Shown: positions 23,953 through 35,751 of the stretch, piece by piece
Position numbering within the stretch: position 1 is the first letter of the stretch
Layout of the letters: each line of letters begins with the position of its first letter
Source: Sphaerodactylus townsendi
Taxonomy: Eukaryota
Direction: 5' to 3'
DNA length: 64,000 nt
Assembly (NCBI RefSeq): GCF_021028975.2
Contig: NC_059437.1
Coordinates: 57,040,001-57,104,000, forward strand
Program-made: the position numbers and the translations under genes
Notes under the pieces: model-generated
The model's input: only the letters and a program-made list of their open reading frames with translations
Databases searched by the model: none
Told to the model about the DNA's origin: nothing

Positions 23953-24891
23953 CCTTTGGGCTGCAAAATGGGATTAATGCAAACCCATATAAACAAATAA
24001 GGTACTTATCAGAATAACAGCAGTAGCAAAGTTTCTGGGTGCAGGAATGACATTTTGAGCATGTTTGTGATGATGTGGGCAAGTGTGGATGGAGAACTCA
24101 GAACCCAACCCTCCCTTTCAGCCACATACTGGTTGGGGAGTCCTCAGCCCAACCCCCTCCCTGAGGAAGAGCAGAAGCCCGGGGCGGGGGGGGTCTGCTT
24201 TCAGGGGTCCCAGCAAGCATAAAGTCATGTACGGTTGCAGCTGCCCCCATAACTAGGATGGAAAAGAAATGACTCGTCACCACCAGGAATCCGTTCTGTG
24301 AAGCCACCACTTTTTAACACTTTTTTGACAGAGTGACACAACCTCACCCCCTCCAAGAGCACTCAGCCCCCGATGCCCCAAAGATGTCAGCAGGATGGGT
24401 GGGGCAGAGGACACAGGCTGAAGCCTACTAAATAATAATAAGCGAAGACAGTGGCAAAGTCCATCCTTTGTTACATTTCAAAGGTTTCAGAACTATACAG
24501 CTAGTTTGGAGACACAAATGCCCAAAAAACAAAACAACCCCCCTCCCCACATATACACACAATAGCAGCTTTCACCACGAACACCTTCAGCCAGCCTGCA
24601 GGCTATGTCTTGCAGCTGAGCATCTGAAAGAACCCCATACATGGGTACAAGTGACAAACACACTGTGAGCTTGTGGTGTCCTCTAGTGCAGGTGGAGGAG
24701 TTAGAAGTCCTTGCAGGAGAGCGGTCTTCCCAGTGCTGATTCCAAGAGGAACCGGTGGGCACCGGAGCAACCCAGTCCGAGGCTTGAGTTTGGTCGAGGG
24801 CACCTGTTTTAAAGGGAGGGTGGAGCCTCACATGCAAACACACTCCTTTGAGGGCCCCCCCCCCCATGAAAGCATGGGAATTGATCTATAG

Positions 24892-25176
24892 CCGTGGTGG
24901 CGAATCTATGGCACTCCAGATGTTCATGGACTACAATTCCCATCAGCCCTTGCCAGCATGGCCAATTGGTTGATACACACCCCATCAGCCCCTGCCAGGC
25001 AATGGCCACATTGGTTGATGGGAATTGTAGTTCATGAACATCTGGAGTGCTATAGGTTCGCCACCTTGTAATTGTAGTTCATGAACATCTGGAGTGCTAT
25101 AGGTTCGCCACCTTGTAATTGTAGTTCATGAACATCTGGAGTGCTATAGGTTCGCCACCTAGGTTCGCCACCACTT
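24892..25176. mobile_element. Palindromic hAT MITE with triplicated right arm
   Basis: 8-bp TSD ATCTATAG at 24884-24891 and 25177-25184; 47-bp unit repeated three times. Confidence 0.85.
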
Positions 25177-25695
25177 ATCTATAGCTTTGAGCCTTGTAAT
25201 ACATCTGGAAGCACTCCTGGCTTTCTGAGAGGGCACCTACATTTTGGCTACACAAGAACGAAAGCTCCACGAGTAGAAGGAGAAGCCCCACTGAATCCAC
25301 TGAAGAGGGAACAGAAACAGACTGAAGCCAGCTCAATATGGGACCACCTAACTGCTTCAGGGAACCTGGGGAAGAAACACCCCTGAATTCCACAGCAGGT
25401 ATTTGGGGGTGCCCACTGTAATCATGGGTCATTTCAAGCTCTCTCTGCACAGCACAAGGAAACAGCGCACCGGAGTTGCCGGAACACACAAGCCTTTTCC
25501 CAAGCTCACTTTGCACCCTGATGGAGCCAGCCAGGCTGGGCAGGGACAGCTTTCCTGCAAGCAGGCCGAACTGTCCCTGGCCAGTGGTGGGTGGGCCCAG
25601 CAGATGGAAGCCGGTGGATCAACATCACGCTTCAGGGCCTTTTCCAGAGGTCCAGCACTGAAGATCTACTGATCCCTTCACAACTTGGGGACAGG

Positions 25696-26295
25696 CTGTT
25701 GAGGGTTTTCCGGGCTGTGTGACCAGGGGCTGGCAATTGTTGCTCCTAATGCTTCACCTGCATATATGGCTGCCATGTTCAGAGACTATAGGTTCGATGT
25801 AAGATGTCACCCATGGTAAGATGTCACCCAGACGCATGAAAATACGCCTCACTGCCCTGTAAGCGTGCATCCCACCATGCAGTCACTCCGCACGGTGCCA
25901 CGGAGAGGAACTCATCTCACCGTGACATGCTTCTGAAGATGGCAACCATAAATGCAGGCGGAACGTTAAGAGCTAAAACCACCAAACCAGGACCATGCAG
26001 CTTAGAAAAATCACAACAGCCCGTTGATTCCAACCACAAAAGCCTTCGCCAAGACTTGGAGACACATTTCCAAGTTCATCACACCTAACAAAGCAATCCT
26101 TGTCGAAGGCTTTCAAGGCTGGACTCTCATCCGAGTTGTTACTGGAAGTTCCAGGCTGTGTGGCCATGGTCTGGTAGATCTTGTTCCTAACATTTCGCCT
26201 GCATCTGTGGCTGGCAAGATGCAGGTGAAACATTAGGAACAAAGATCTAATTGCGACCACGGCCAATACGAGCCTGGAAAAAGTCGCCCACAACA
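25696..26295. mobile_element. Two adjacent degenerate inverted Penelope-like termini
   Basis: gggttttccgggctgt...cacctgcat / ctgaagatggc...gcagg...aaagccttcg motifs shared with the 54824-55053 element. Confidence 0.65.
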
Positions 26296-27031
26296 AACTC
26301 AGAAGGAGTTCTTAACAGTTGCACCACTGTTCTGTCCACTGGAGCCAATGGGCCGGCTATTGATTAACTCCTGATTTGACGATTTCACTGACTTTTCAGT
26401 GTACTGACGACTTCTCAAGGATGACAACATTATGAACAGAAGCTTCTTGGGTGCCCTGGGCAAAATGGTCTGGGCATCTTTCAAGAGAACTGGAAGGTGT
26501 GCCTTTGCCCAAACAGCTCAGAAGTACAAACAGTCCTGACAAATACACACACACTGCTGGAAGCACAGTGGACCGGGAACAACTCCTCTAGCATCACAAG
26601 ATTACAGCCAACAAAGCAGTCCCTGACCCAAGACAGCCAGATAAAGGTTTCATGAATGCAGAAAATCTCCACCCTCAGCGCTAGGGAAGGCAAGGGATTC
26701 TCTGCATCCTTGAAAGCCTGTTAGTTTAGCAGCGCCTGACCTGAAACACTCAGCATTAAGGATGTCGCTCCTCTTTGCTGACCCACAAGTTCCTGAGGAT
26801 CCTTCTATGTCAACAAAACTACAGCACAGCCGCTACCACAACAGCAGCGATCCGGCCAGGAGCAAAACAGCTAAAATCAAAACCAGCAGCTCCACCCCAG
26901 CCCCCTCAATCCTATCATCAGCCAGTTCTTCAAGTGCGTCCAGTGAGGCATGAGGGTCAAGGAAGATGGGGGTCAGTGTGGGTGTTCCAGTCCAGTCCAG
27001 CTCACGAGCCAGCTGAGGCCTGCTCCTTGGG

Positions 27032-27117
27032 CTACCGTCGGCGAAGGGGCTTGTAGACACACACGGCCATCAAGATCATGACGATCAGCAAGATGCCAAA
27101 GACGCTCCCCATCAGAG
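27032..27117 (-). CDS. C12orf76: C12orf76 homologue exon 2 (ALMGSVFGILLIVMILMAVCVYKPLRRR*)
   Basis: Matches recalled C12orf76 C-terminus VLMGTIFSILLVTVILMAFCVYKPIRRR; ttgcag acceptor, phase 1; adjacent to ANKRD13A as in human. Confidence 0.92.
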
Positions 27118-28849
27118 CTGCAAGAGGAAGGAAGAGCATGAGCTGGCGAGGGGCACAGGAAAGCACCAGGTGCCGTGGGTGGGTGGGATGGGGCTGTAGT
27201 ACACCAATTGCCAAAGTCAGATGCTGGTAGCCAAGCTAAAGGGGCATCTTAAGACCCGGCAGACAAAGAACTGGCCAAACTGCTTGGGCGCCTGTAAAAA
27301 AGCACAGAGATCAATTTCACCCACCCCTGGCCCAAGAACTCCTCACTAGTCCTTAAAACTACTTTGGCACCCTCCCATGGAGTTGTTCTTTGGAGGCAGG
27401 CCCCGATCTCCCCTTCTCAGCTTCAAGGCGCTCTCTGTTTATGTCTTCACCACCTCAGTAGGTGAGGAGGACTCTGGTGTTTTGAATTTTAACTGGCAGG
27501 CTCCCCCCGGTGAATTTGGTTACCAGGCACCTCCCTTCCTCAGTATTACTTGCTTATACGTTGTGATTGCATTATTTTATAATTAAATGTTGCTTTTAAT
27601 GGTTAAAATGTTTTAAATTTGTTTATGCTCGTTGCCTTACAGACACTAATTGTGTGGAAGGGCGGGATAACAGTGATTTTAGATACATAGAAATACATCA
27701 AATTTAGCCCATTCCTCCACATTTCCAATTCTGTGGCGAATTCGGGCCGCGGCTCCATTAGCGTGAGGGGCGAGCTGCTCGCTCTTGGGTTCCATTCCTG
27801 AAAGGCCCCTTTGAACACTAACGGACGGAGGAATTCATTGCAGCGGCTCTTCAGTTTTTACTGCTGTCCTGTAAGAAATGTGATTTCTGCTGCCCAGCCA
27901 GCCTTGTGACCAATGGGATGTGGCCGCCGGACAAACAGAACTCAGGAGTCGGTGCCCCTGTTCCGATCTGCAAGGCGCCGTTACAATAAATGAAACACGG
28001 ACCAGCATGAGGGAAGGCCACCTTTTATATTTCAGTTCCAGGAGGCTGCACAATCTACGCACAAACAAGGTCAGAGGTGGGGGGGGGGGCAGGGAAAGAA
28101 GGTAAAAAAAATCTAGCAGAGAGCTGGATTCAAGTCCAGGAGTATCTTTGAGAGCCACAAAAGAGTCAGGATATGAGGTTCTGAGAGTCCCACTGGCCCT
28201 GAATCCTGCTCTTCTCCTGCAGGCCGCCTGCTTGCCCTCGCCAACTCTCTCCAAACCATCTTGCCAGCCTCCCTGCCGCATACAAAGGGCACAGGAAGGG
28301 ATGGGCATCTCCTCTGCCCTTCACATCAGGGGGGGGGGAGGCTCAGCTGCTTCCCAGACAGCCACGAGCTCCCTCGGGTGAAGTCTCTTGGCTCCCATCC
28401 AGGCTCCCCGGCCTGGAGAGAATGTGGCCGGGCCAAGGCTAACGAAGAGGCCTACTCCGGTAGGGTTGCTGAAGGTTAGGCCGAGAGCATAGAGCAGCCT
28501 TTCTAGGGGCTGGAAGACAAGCTGCCCAGTGGCTTAGGGGGTGGGGGTGCCGCGTCCTCTGCAAAGTTGGCCCATGAAACCCTTCCCGGGGATTCATTCT
28601 GCTGACCTTTGACACAGGGCTGCCTGGCCCTATTTAGGAAGCCTCTGGAGATAATGGGGGGGATGGAGGGGGGAGAGCGACCTCGGTGGGGCCCAGAGAC
28701 AGGGACCCCGCCCCCAAGAATCATCCCTTTTCTCCTGGGGGACTCTCTGTCGTCTGGACAGCGCCTGTCAGTCAGGGGGTGCCTACCGGGAGGCTGGTCT
28801 CCCTATGTTGCCCCCACCCCCATCTGTCACCCAATGCAGAGATTCGGGG

Positions 28850-29900
28850 GGGGAGGGGAGCCCAGGAGGATGCCCTGCGGTCCCACCCCCCACCCCCGGC
28901 AGCCGGCCCGTCCCTGGCTCAGGGGCTGCAATGCGGGCGCCGCCGATTGACATTTGGGGGCGCGCGGCGCTTAAGCCGGAGCAGCGGGTCCCTCCCTCCC
29001 TCCCTCCCTCCCCAGCCCCGGCCGCTCGTGCTCCTGCTCCGCGGGGGCCCCCACCAGGACCCCCCCCCGCCCGCCCCAGCCTCACCCAGGTTCTGCGCCC
29101 GCAGTACGGCGTAGGGCCGCCCCCGCTCGTCGTCCTCCTCCCCGCCGCCGGCGCCCTGGGCCAGCGCCAGCCCCGGCAGCAGCAGCAGCAGCAGCAGCAT
29201 CCTTTCCCGGGCCAGGCGGAGCCGCAGCCGAGCCCAGCACCGCCCCTCCGCTCCCCCGCCTCCGCCCCCGAGCATGTGCAGAGTGCGCCGCTCCTCCCGG
29301 AGGGGACACCGCGAGGGCCGGCGGGGCGGGGCTTCGGGAGTTGGCAACCTGGCATGTCCCCTCCCGGCCGCTGGCTCTGCCGCGAGGCTGCCCAGCAAGC
29401 CCCCGCCACCCTCTCTTGGGGAGGGAGGTTTCAGGGACCCCTGGCGATCCTCTCCTGAGCGGTGCATTCTGGGACTGGCAGTTCGGCAGAGGCAGCCGCC
29501 CGGGATTCTCCTTCTGAAGCTCCGCCCGAGCAGCGGGCACCGGCGGAGGGCATCATGGCTGCAGCCGGGGGGCGGGGGCGGGGGCGGGGGGCACAGCTTT
29601 CCTTGCATTTGGAACAGGTGGAAGAATGCGGGGCTCCCCAGCCCGGCCTGGGCCAAAAGGGCCCCTCCAAGCCCTGCGCCTCTTGGCCCTTGGCTCTGGG
29701 GTGACGTGACGGGCAGAGGAGAGGTCATGTGCCCAGTCCGGTGCCCTCGCAGCCTCACCCCCCTCTCCTGCCAGCCAGTCGATCCCGGCACAGAATTACA
29801 GGCCTGTGCTGTCCCCTTGCCTCCCTGCCCCGAAGTGGAAAAGGGCCTCACGGAGGGGCGGGGTGGACGAGGGGCGCCTTCTTCATCCAGGAGTCAGAAG
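28850..29900. promoter_or_regulatory. CpG island / promoter of C12orf76
   Basis: High GC and CpG density, tandem GGGGCGGGG Sp1 boxes at about 29570-29590, TGACGTGA CRE-like motif near 29702. Confidence 0.8.
29086..29200 (-). CDS. C12orf76: C12orf76 homologue exon 1 (MLLLLLLLPGLALAQGAGGGEEDDERGRPYAVLRAQNL); alternative in-frame ATG at 29275
   Basis: Signal peptide plus conserved RPYAVLRxQNL; G|gtgagg donor; lies in a CpG island. Confidence 0.9.
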
Positions 29901-30829
29901 ATTCCTCAGAGGCCGCCAGAGGTTGGGCGTGCAGCAGGGGCTGAAGACCCCCAGGCCTTTTCATGGGCCACACCAGCTCTGCTTGGGGGACTCCTGCAGA
30001 TTTGGGAGTGCCTCCTGGAGAGGGTGGGGGTTGGGAAGGGCAGCAGGGACAATGCCCCTCCCACTGGACCCTCCTTCGCTCCCAGGGAACGGACCTCTGT
30101 TGTCTGGAGGACTGTTGTAATGCTGGGATATTTGCACCCCCCTCCCCAGCCGGCCAGAAGGTCGGCCAACCCTCCCTAGCTTGTCACTACCAAAAGGTTT
30201 GAGAAGACAGGACCGTCCATGTCGTGTGAACAGGGCGTGAAGGAACCACACATCTCTCAGAAGTGCGCTTGTCTGAAGCTGACTGGGGGGTCTTAGGTCA
30301 GCCCCCCCCCCAGGATGGTTCTTGAGAGCAAGTGGATGAGGGAGGACAGGAGGAGGCCCTTCGGGGTCCCCATTGGACAGGAAAGCAAGGCTATAAATGA
30401 AGTACAGATTTAAAAAGAGTGGACATTTTGGAACTGGCTGGCTGGCTGAGGAATGAGCGCAGCTTTGGGTCAAGACTCCCTCAAGTGGGCCTTCTCCATT
30501 GTTCCTAATGTGAGGGGCCGGGCTTGTGAACATTGATGAAGAGAGCCCTCTTCAACGTGATGCAGTCAGAACTTTCAGGCACGTGGTCAGAGCTAAGGAA
30601 GAGCCGGCCTCTGGCAGCCAGGCAGAGCTGGAGTCTCCTGGCTGCCTCCAGCAGCTGCACACAGATGCTTTGTAAGGTTCCCGAGGGCAGCCAGGCCCCT
30701 ACGCTGGCTCTGGTGGTGGACTCAGCCTGGCTGCTGGGCCACACATGTCTGGGAGGGAAAGGACCGGAGCCCCTTGCCGAGGGTGACAGGAGGCCCGGAA
30801 TGCCCCTATGTTGCGTGCCATTTCATCAT

Positions 30830-31100
30830 CGGCACACCCAATATAATATCCTAATCTACACCATGCCCCCGCCTGGCTCCTTGGGTTCGGCGCCACACAT
30901 TTTATAATCTTTATTGTTATAAATGCACTGTACTGATGCTAGTTTTATGAATTTTGTAATTTGTTTTAACCTGTTCTAATTTATTTATTTGATGTATTGT
31001 TGTTCTGGCCATTGTATGTTCGGCCTAGTGTACTCAGAGCCCTTCGGGGGTGGGCGGTTTATAAATCTAATATATAAATTAAATAAATAAATAAATAAAC
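30830..31100 (+). mobile_element. LINE (L2-like) 3' tail
   Basis: T-rich UTR, gagcccttcgggg...gggcggtttataaat stem, (TAAA)n tail. Confidence 0.55.
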
Positions 31101-31776
31101 TTGTCTCTATGGAGGTGTGTGTACTCAGGAGTGGGGAAACAGCCACGACCCTCCTTTGCTTGGCCTTCCCTGTGGCAGTGCAGTGAGGCAAGCAGAAGAG
31201 GGCATCGGTCTTCCTCCCTGCCTCTGCCCAGGGTTCTCTCCTCCCGCCCCGCTCAGCTTTAAATAGGTGCTCTTCCTGTCCTCCCTGGGAGACCAGGCTG
31301 CCCCCGAGCCCCCCCCCCACTTCCCCAAAGGATACTAGAGCAATTCTCACACCAACATGCATGTCGCAGTCAGGCGTCCTGAGGACAAATCTTGACGTTA
31401 ACCACCATGTGACAAACGGGACAAACAGAAAATGTGCAGGAGCTGGAGGGAGGGGGGTTAGAGGAGAGCCCAGGCAGCGGCAGCAGCAGCCCAGGCCTCA
31501 GCAACTCTAGCTGGGAAACTTCACTTGGCATCGCTGCAGCCGGGCATGAGGGTTGCCCAGGTGGGGCTTGGCATTCAGCAGGCACGGAGAGCTCTTTGGG
31601 CCTGGTTTGTAGGCATGGACTCTGGCCCTAAATTGTGTCCGGTCCATCGGGAGAGAACCACAGAGATAGCTGGTCGTTGGTGGGGTTCCACAGTCCTTGT
31701 CGCTCCTGAGTTGTTTTTTGTAGTGGCAAAAAACTGTCTGTTTTTCCCTTGAAGGTGGCAGGTCAATGCAGAGCCT

Positions 31777-31864
31777 TTAAGGGGCTGGCACCATGCCCAC
31801 CCTGGATCTGCTTTGCTGCTCCCTTTGGTCTTCTAAGTGCCCAAGGCAGCACACTCGCGAGGCG
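31777..31864 (-). CDS. slc6a4b: slc6a4b-like terminal coding exon (RLA...KTKG...VGMVPAP*), indel-disrupted as written
   Basis: Expected position; CGC CTC GCG start after aag and GTG GGC ATG GTG CCA GCC CCT TAA end; frame broken internally. Confidence 0.5.
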
Positions 31865-32231
31865 CTTGACGGTCAATCAATAAAAGAAAGGAGATCGGAG
31901 TGATGCGGTTTCTCACGCTTCACTCAGGAGCCTATGAAAGAAACGGGGGATGGCGGGGGGGGGGCTGTAGCCCCTGCCAGATTCATCTTGCACCATTTAT
32001 TATTAATTAATTAATTGGGTTTCTAAGTCACCCCCCCCCCAAAGGGCTCAGGGCATTGTACAACATTCAATATAAACACAATAAAATCAATGGAATACTC
32101 GCAAGTGCCCCACACCTTCTCTGTGTAAATACCACTGAGTTTAACGTGCTCTTCCTCTCTAGCAAGGAAGCTCTCACGCCCACAAGGAGAGCGTTTCCCC
32201 TGCCCTGCTCCTGGCCTCCCGCTGCCCTGAC

Positions 32232-32399
32232 CTGCTTGAGAGGTCCTGGGGTCCAGACAAGCTTGTAGGCCATGTAGACAGGGATGCAGAGGAAGGAGGA
32301 GGCGCCAATGAGGTATCCCACCGAGATGCTCCAGGCTGGGTATTGGTAGTCAAACAGCGTGAGCGGCGGCTGCTCCATCAGAGAGCTGATGATGATGAA
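32232..32399 (-). CDS. slc6a4b: slc6a4b-like exon, TM12 ([56 protein letters not shown])
   Basis: 168 nt, equal to the homologous SLC6A4 exon; canonical splice sites. Confidence 0.93.
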
Positions 32400-33131
32400 C
32401 TAGACAGGGGGGGAAACAGCGGGGTGAGGGAGGAAGGAGTCAGGAGCCAACCCTCCCCCCCAGTCTTTTCCTGTCTTCTTGATGGGCTAAGTAAGGTTGG
32501 CACCACCCAGGGCGGGAGCTGGGGCACCCTGTACAGTTGCCAGCACCCACCGAGATGTCTGGAAGAAGCATTCAGACTAAGAGGACATGGGTATGTGGCC
32601 CAGCCTTTGATCTGACAGACACCCCATTCAGGAGTTTCTAATTGATTATTTCCTCATTTTCTTTTCTATTTTTTCTTCCTTTTTGGTGCTGCAAGCAACA
32701 CAAGGAATGCATAATTAGTGTGCAAAAATCAGTGGAGGGTGCCAAGGAGAAGAGCTGAGGCAGAGGTGTCCACAGTGTGAAACTCAGAGTTTTTCTACCT
32801 GATCAGCTATCCTGGAATAACAACCAGAATCCCCGATTCCAAAGCATTAGAATTTCCCCCCTGTAATGCTGAGAGCTGGAAACTTGCTCTGTTGACTTGT
32901 AGTGTGACCTATGGAAGGGTCCCAGTGGAGGCTTCTGGGAATTCAAACTGCCCTGTAAATGTCCTGAGGACAAGTCTGTTTGCTTGCATTGTTCCTTGCC
33001 CGGACTCTTGGTCCCTGCCCACCCATCCCCTGAACTGAAACCTCCTTGGGGGCTACTAGGGCCTGCCTGCTTTGCCTTCTCTGCAAGGTACAGCTCAACC
33101 AAGGGCGTCATCGTCATCACTTGCTACTCAC

Positions 33132-33232
33132 TGCCAGGAAGGTTGGGCTGATGGCCACCCAGCACACCTGCCAGTAGATCCCCGGCGTAAACCCCAGCAT
33201 GGCCTTCACGTCACTGCAGAACTGCTGGATTC
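33132..33232 (-). CDS. slc6a4b: slc6a4b-like exon ([34 protein letters not shown])
   Basis: 101 nt, canonical sites, SERT TM11 homology. Confidence 0.93.
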
Positions 33233-33955
33233 CTAAGAAGCAGAGAAAAGGTGAACCCAGCTCCTCGTCGTACCCTTGCTGTTCCTGGGGACCGGGCCTT
33301 AGATGAATCTTGGGTCCCCAAGACCTGTGAAGTGGAGCCCCATCCCCAACCTGAGGGGGGAGCCCTCCAAGGAGGGCAAGGCAACCTCCAGACAGGACCT
33401 ACAGAATTCCCAGCAAGGTCCTGGCATTACAGCTGATCTCCAAACTGCTGCAATCCACTCCTCAGGAGAAAGTATCTGCTTTGGAGGGTGGAGTCTGTGG
33501 CATTATGCCCCTCCCACACACACACACTAATGTCCCTCCCACTCTAACGTGGATGGCCCAGGCCAGCCTGAACTCATCAGCTCTTAGAAACCAAGCAGGG
33601 TCATCCCTGATAGTACCGGGAGTGAGGACCACAGAGGAATGCCTGGATCCCTCTTGAGAGGAAGGCGATGCTGAACTACCTCTGCTAGCCTCCACAGCTC
33701 CCAGAATGGCCTGCTGTGATTGGCAGCAGCAGAAGAGAGCCTTCCTCCACACCGGCTCCCTGAGCAGAGAGGCCAAAGGCCAAACCCGGGACTTTGTACA
33801 AGCAAAGCAAGGATTTGGCCCCCAAATATTGATGGCACCTCTCCACAGATTGGATGCCTTCCCTGTCTAGTCTGGCCCTTAAGGGAGGGGGGGGCCTGAT
33901 TTTGATGGTAGGGCAGAGCATTCTCCCTCCCCCCGAAGGTCAGGCCTCCTGCACT

Positions 33956-34076
33956 CATAAAACCAGGAGACAGCAACGCTTCTACAGGAGCACCCACTTG
34001 GCTGGAAAATGGAGCAAGCCGAAAGCACCAAAGAGCCTCTTCCAAAAGAGTTTTCACAATGGTATAGGATCCCCCC
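33956..34076 (-). CDS. slc6a4b: slc6a4b-like exon, TM10 (GGSY...VK..LLEE...VAVSWFY), indel-disrupted as written
   Basis: Recognisable fragments in shifting frames; about 121 nt versus 100 nt expected. Confidence 0.7.
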
Positions 34077-34689
34077 CTGTAACGTGAAGAACTGAGATTT
34101 CAGGCTGACTGCAAAATTTGGCGGGGCGGCAACTCTGCTGGCTGTAAATTCCTCAGCTAATTTTCTGAGCAGTCGCCAAAGGTTCCCCCAACCCCTAGAA
34201 TCTGGCCACAGGCTGCGGACGGTCTCTAGGCTGTCCTTGAAATAAAGAATCCTGGTGGGGTTTGGGGATGATGTCCTCTCATTACAAGATGGGCGGCAGT
34301 GGCTGGGATGGGATGGGGGGAATCAAAGAGACCTGCTGAGTGGGTCTCAGTGCAAAAGCCTGTAGTTTGGAGTGGAATTAGGGTTGCTGCCTTGGGGACC
34401 CTATTTGGATAGAAAGGAGGCTAGAAAGAAAAATAGAAGTTGGTTTTTACACCTTGCTTTACTTTGACTCTAAGTCTAAGGAGTCTCAAAGTGGCAGAGC
34501 GGGGAATCAAACCCGGTTCTTCCAGATTAGAATGCACCTGCTCTTAACCTACTACACCACTGCTGCTCCTGTGGGCAACACATACTCTGTGAAATTCAGC
34601 ACAGATCTGCGGCCAGGGCCCTTGAAGGTGGTGTGTTGGGAAGCTTGGGAAGTCCTTCCCCTGCCCTCCAATAATAATAATTCAGGTAG

Positions 34690-34693
<4 letters not shown>

Positions 34694-34731
<38 letters not shown>
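34694..34731. repeat. (GA)n microsatellite
   Basis: Direct reading. Confidence 0.95.
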
Positions 34732-34733
<2 letters not shown>

Positions 34734-34758
34734 CAAAACTCTCCCCTCAGCCACTCAC

Positions 34759-34890
34759 ATTGGTCAGGGTGGCCAGAGAACCGAGAAAGCACACGGTGAT
34801 CAGCCCCAAGACAAACCGCTCTCTTCGCTTAGCCAGGAGATGTGGATATTCGTCCATGATGGCCGTGATCACAGCTTCCAGGCCCCCAAA
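34759..34890 (-). CDS. slc6a4b: slc6a4b-like exon ([44 protein letters not shown])
   Basis: 132 nt, canonical sites, SERT TM8-9 homology. Confidence 0.93.
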
Positions 34891-35751
34891 CTGCAAATCC
34901 CCCACACACAAAAGAAACACTTTTCAGCCTGAATCCCCAGAGCCAGCCTGCTGGAGATCTCTGGTGGACGCTGGTCAGTGTAGCCGCCCTCTGGTGTTGC
35001 CCAAGTTTGCCACCTGGTTTACAGCCGGACCCCATAACTCTGTTCCACAAACACCAGGCACGGAGCTTTCCCCACCACTGGAGGCTTTAGGCCCATCCTC
35101 CGTCTTTTGGACAGAAAAGTTCATAAGAACATAAGAACATAAGAACAAGCCAGCTGGATCAGACCAGAGTCCATCTAGTCCAGCTCTCTGCTACTCGCAG
35201 TGGCCCACCAGGTGCCTTTGGGAGCTCACGTGGGTGATGTGAAAGCAATGGCCTCTGCAGGCTTTTGTAATTCGATCACCTGGACTGCTAAGACATATGC
35301 AATCTCAGATCAAAGAGGATCAAGATTGGTAGCCAAAGCAACTGAGGAAGATACCCAGGGTTGCTAACCTCCAGGTGGCTGCTGGAGGGGTTTCCAGACT
35401 ACAGCTGTCAGAGGATTCGACTGGAGAAATGGCGAAGAAACTTTGGAGGGTTACGGGCTCTATGTCTTGCCTCTCCCACGAGTCCCCTCGCCTACCCTCC
35501 CATGTTATGTGGGAGGGGACGGTCTCAGAAGGTGCTGTTGGAGGGATTCCTACTCTGCCCCATGACGGTTGACTTGTGGGGTACTGCAGGGTTCCACTTT
35601 ATTCCTCCATGCTACTTAATGTGCATACAAAGCTGCTGGGAGAGACTGACAGGAGATGAGGGCTGCGAGGTCACCAAGAGGTGGAATAATAGTCAGTTCT
35701 TTCTTTCCACCTAATTCCAAGGATGTTGTTGACAGCCTAAGCCAGTGCCTA

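Noticed and set aside
25022-25176. CRISPR-like regularly spaced repeats
   Set aside because: Eukaryotic DNA; units are identical tandem copies of a MITE arm with no unique spacers
28783-30179. Long ORFs of 200-310 aa, including a poly-Gln frame
   Set aside because: CpG-island artefacts; poly-Gln is the antisense reading of the C12orf76 poly-Leu codons
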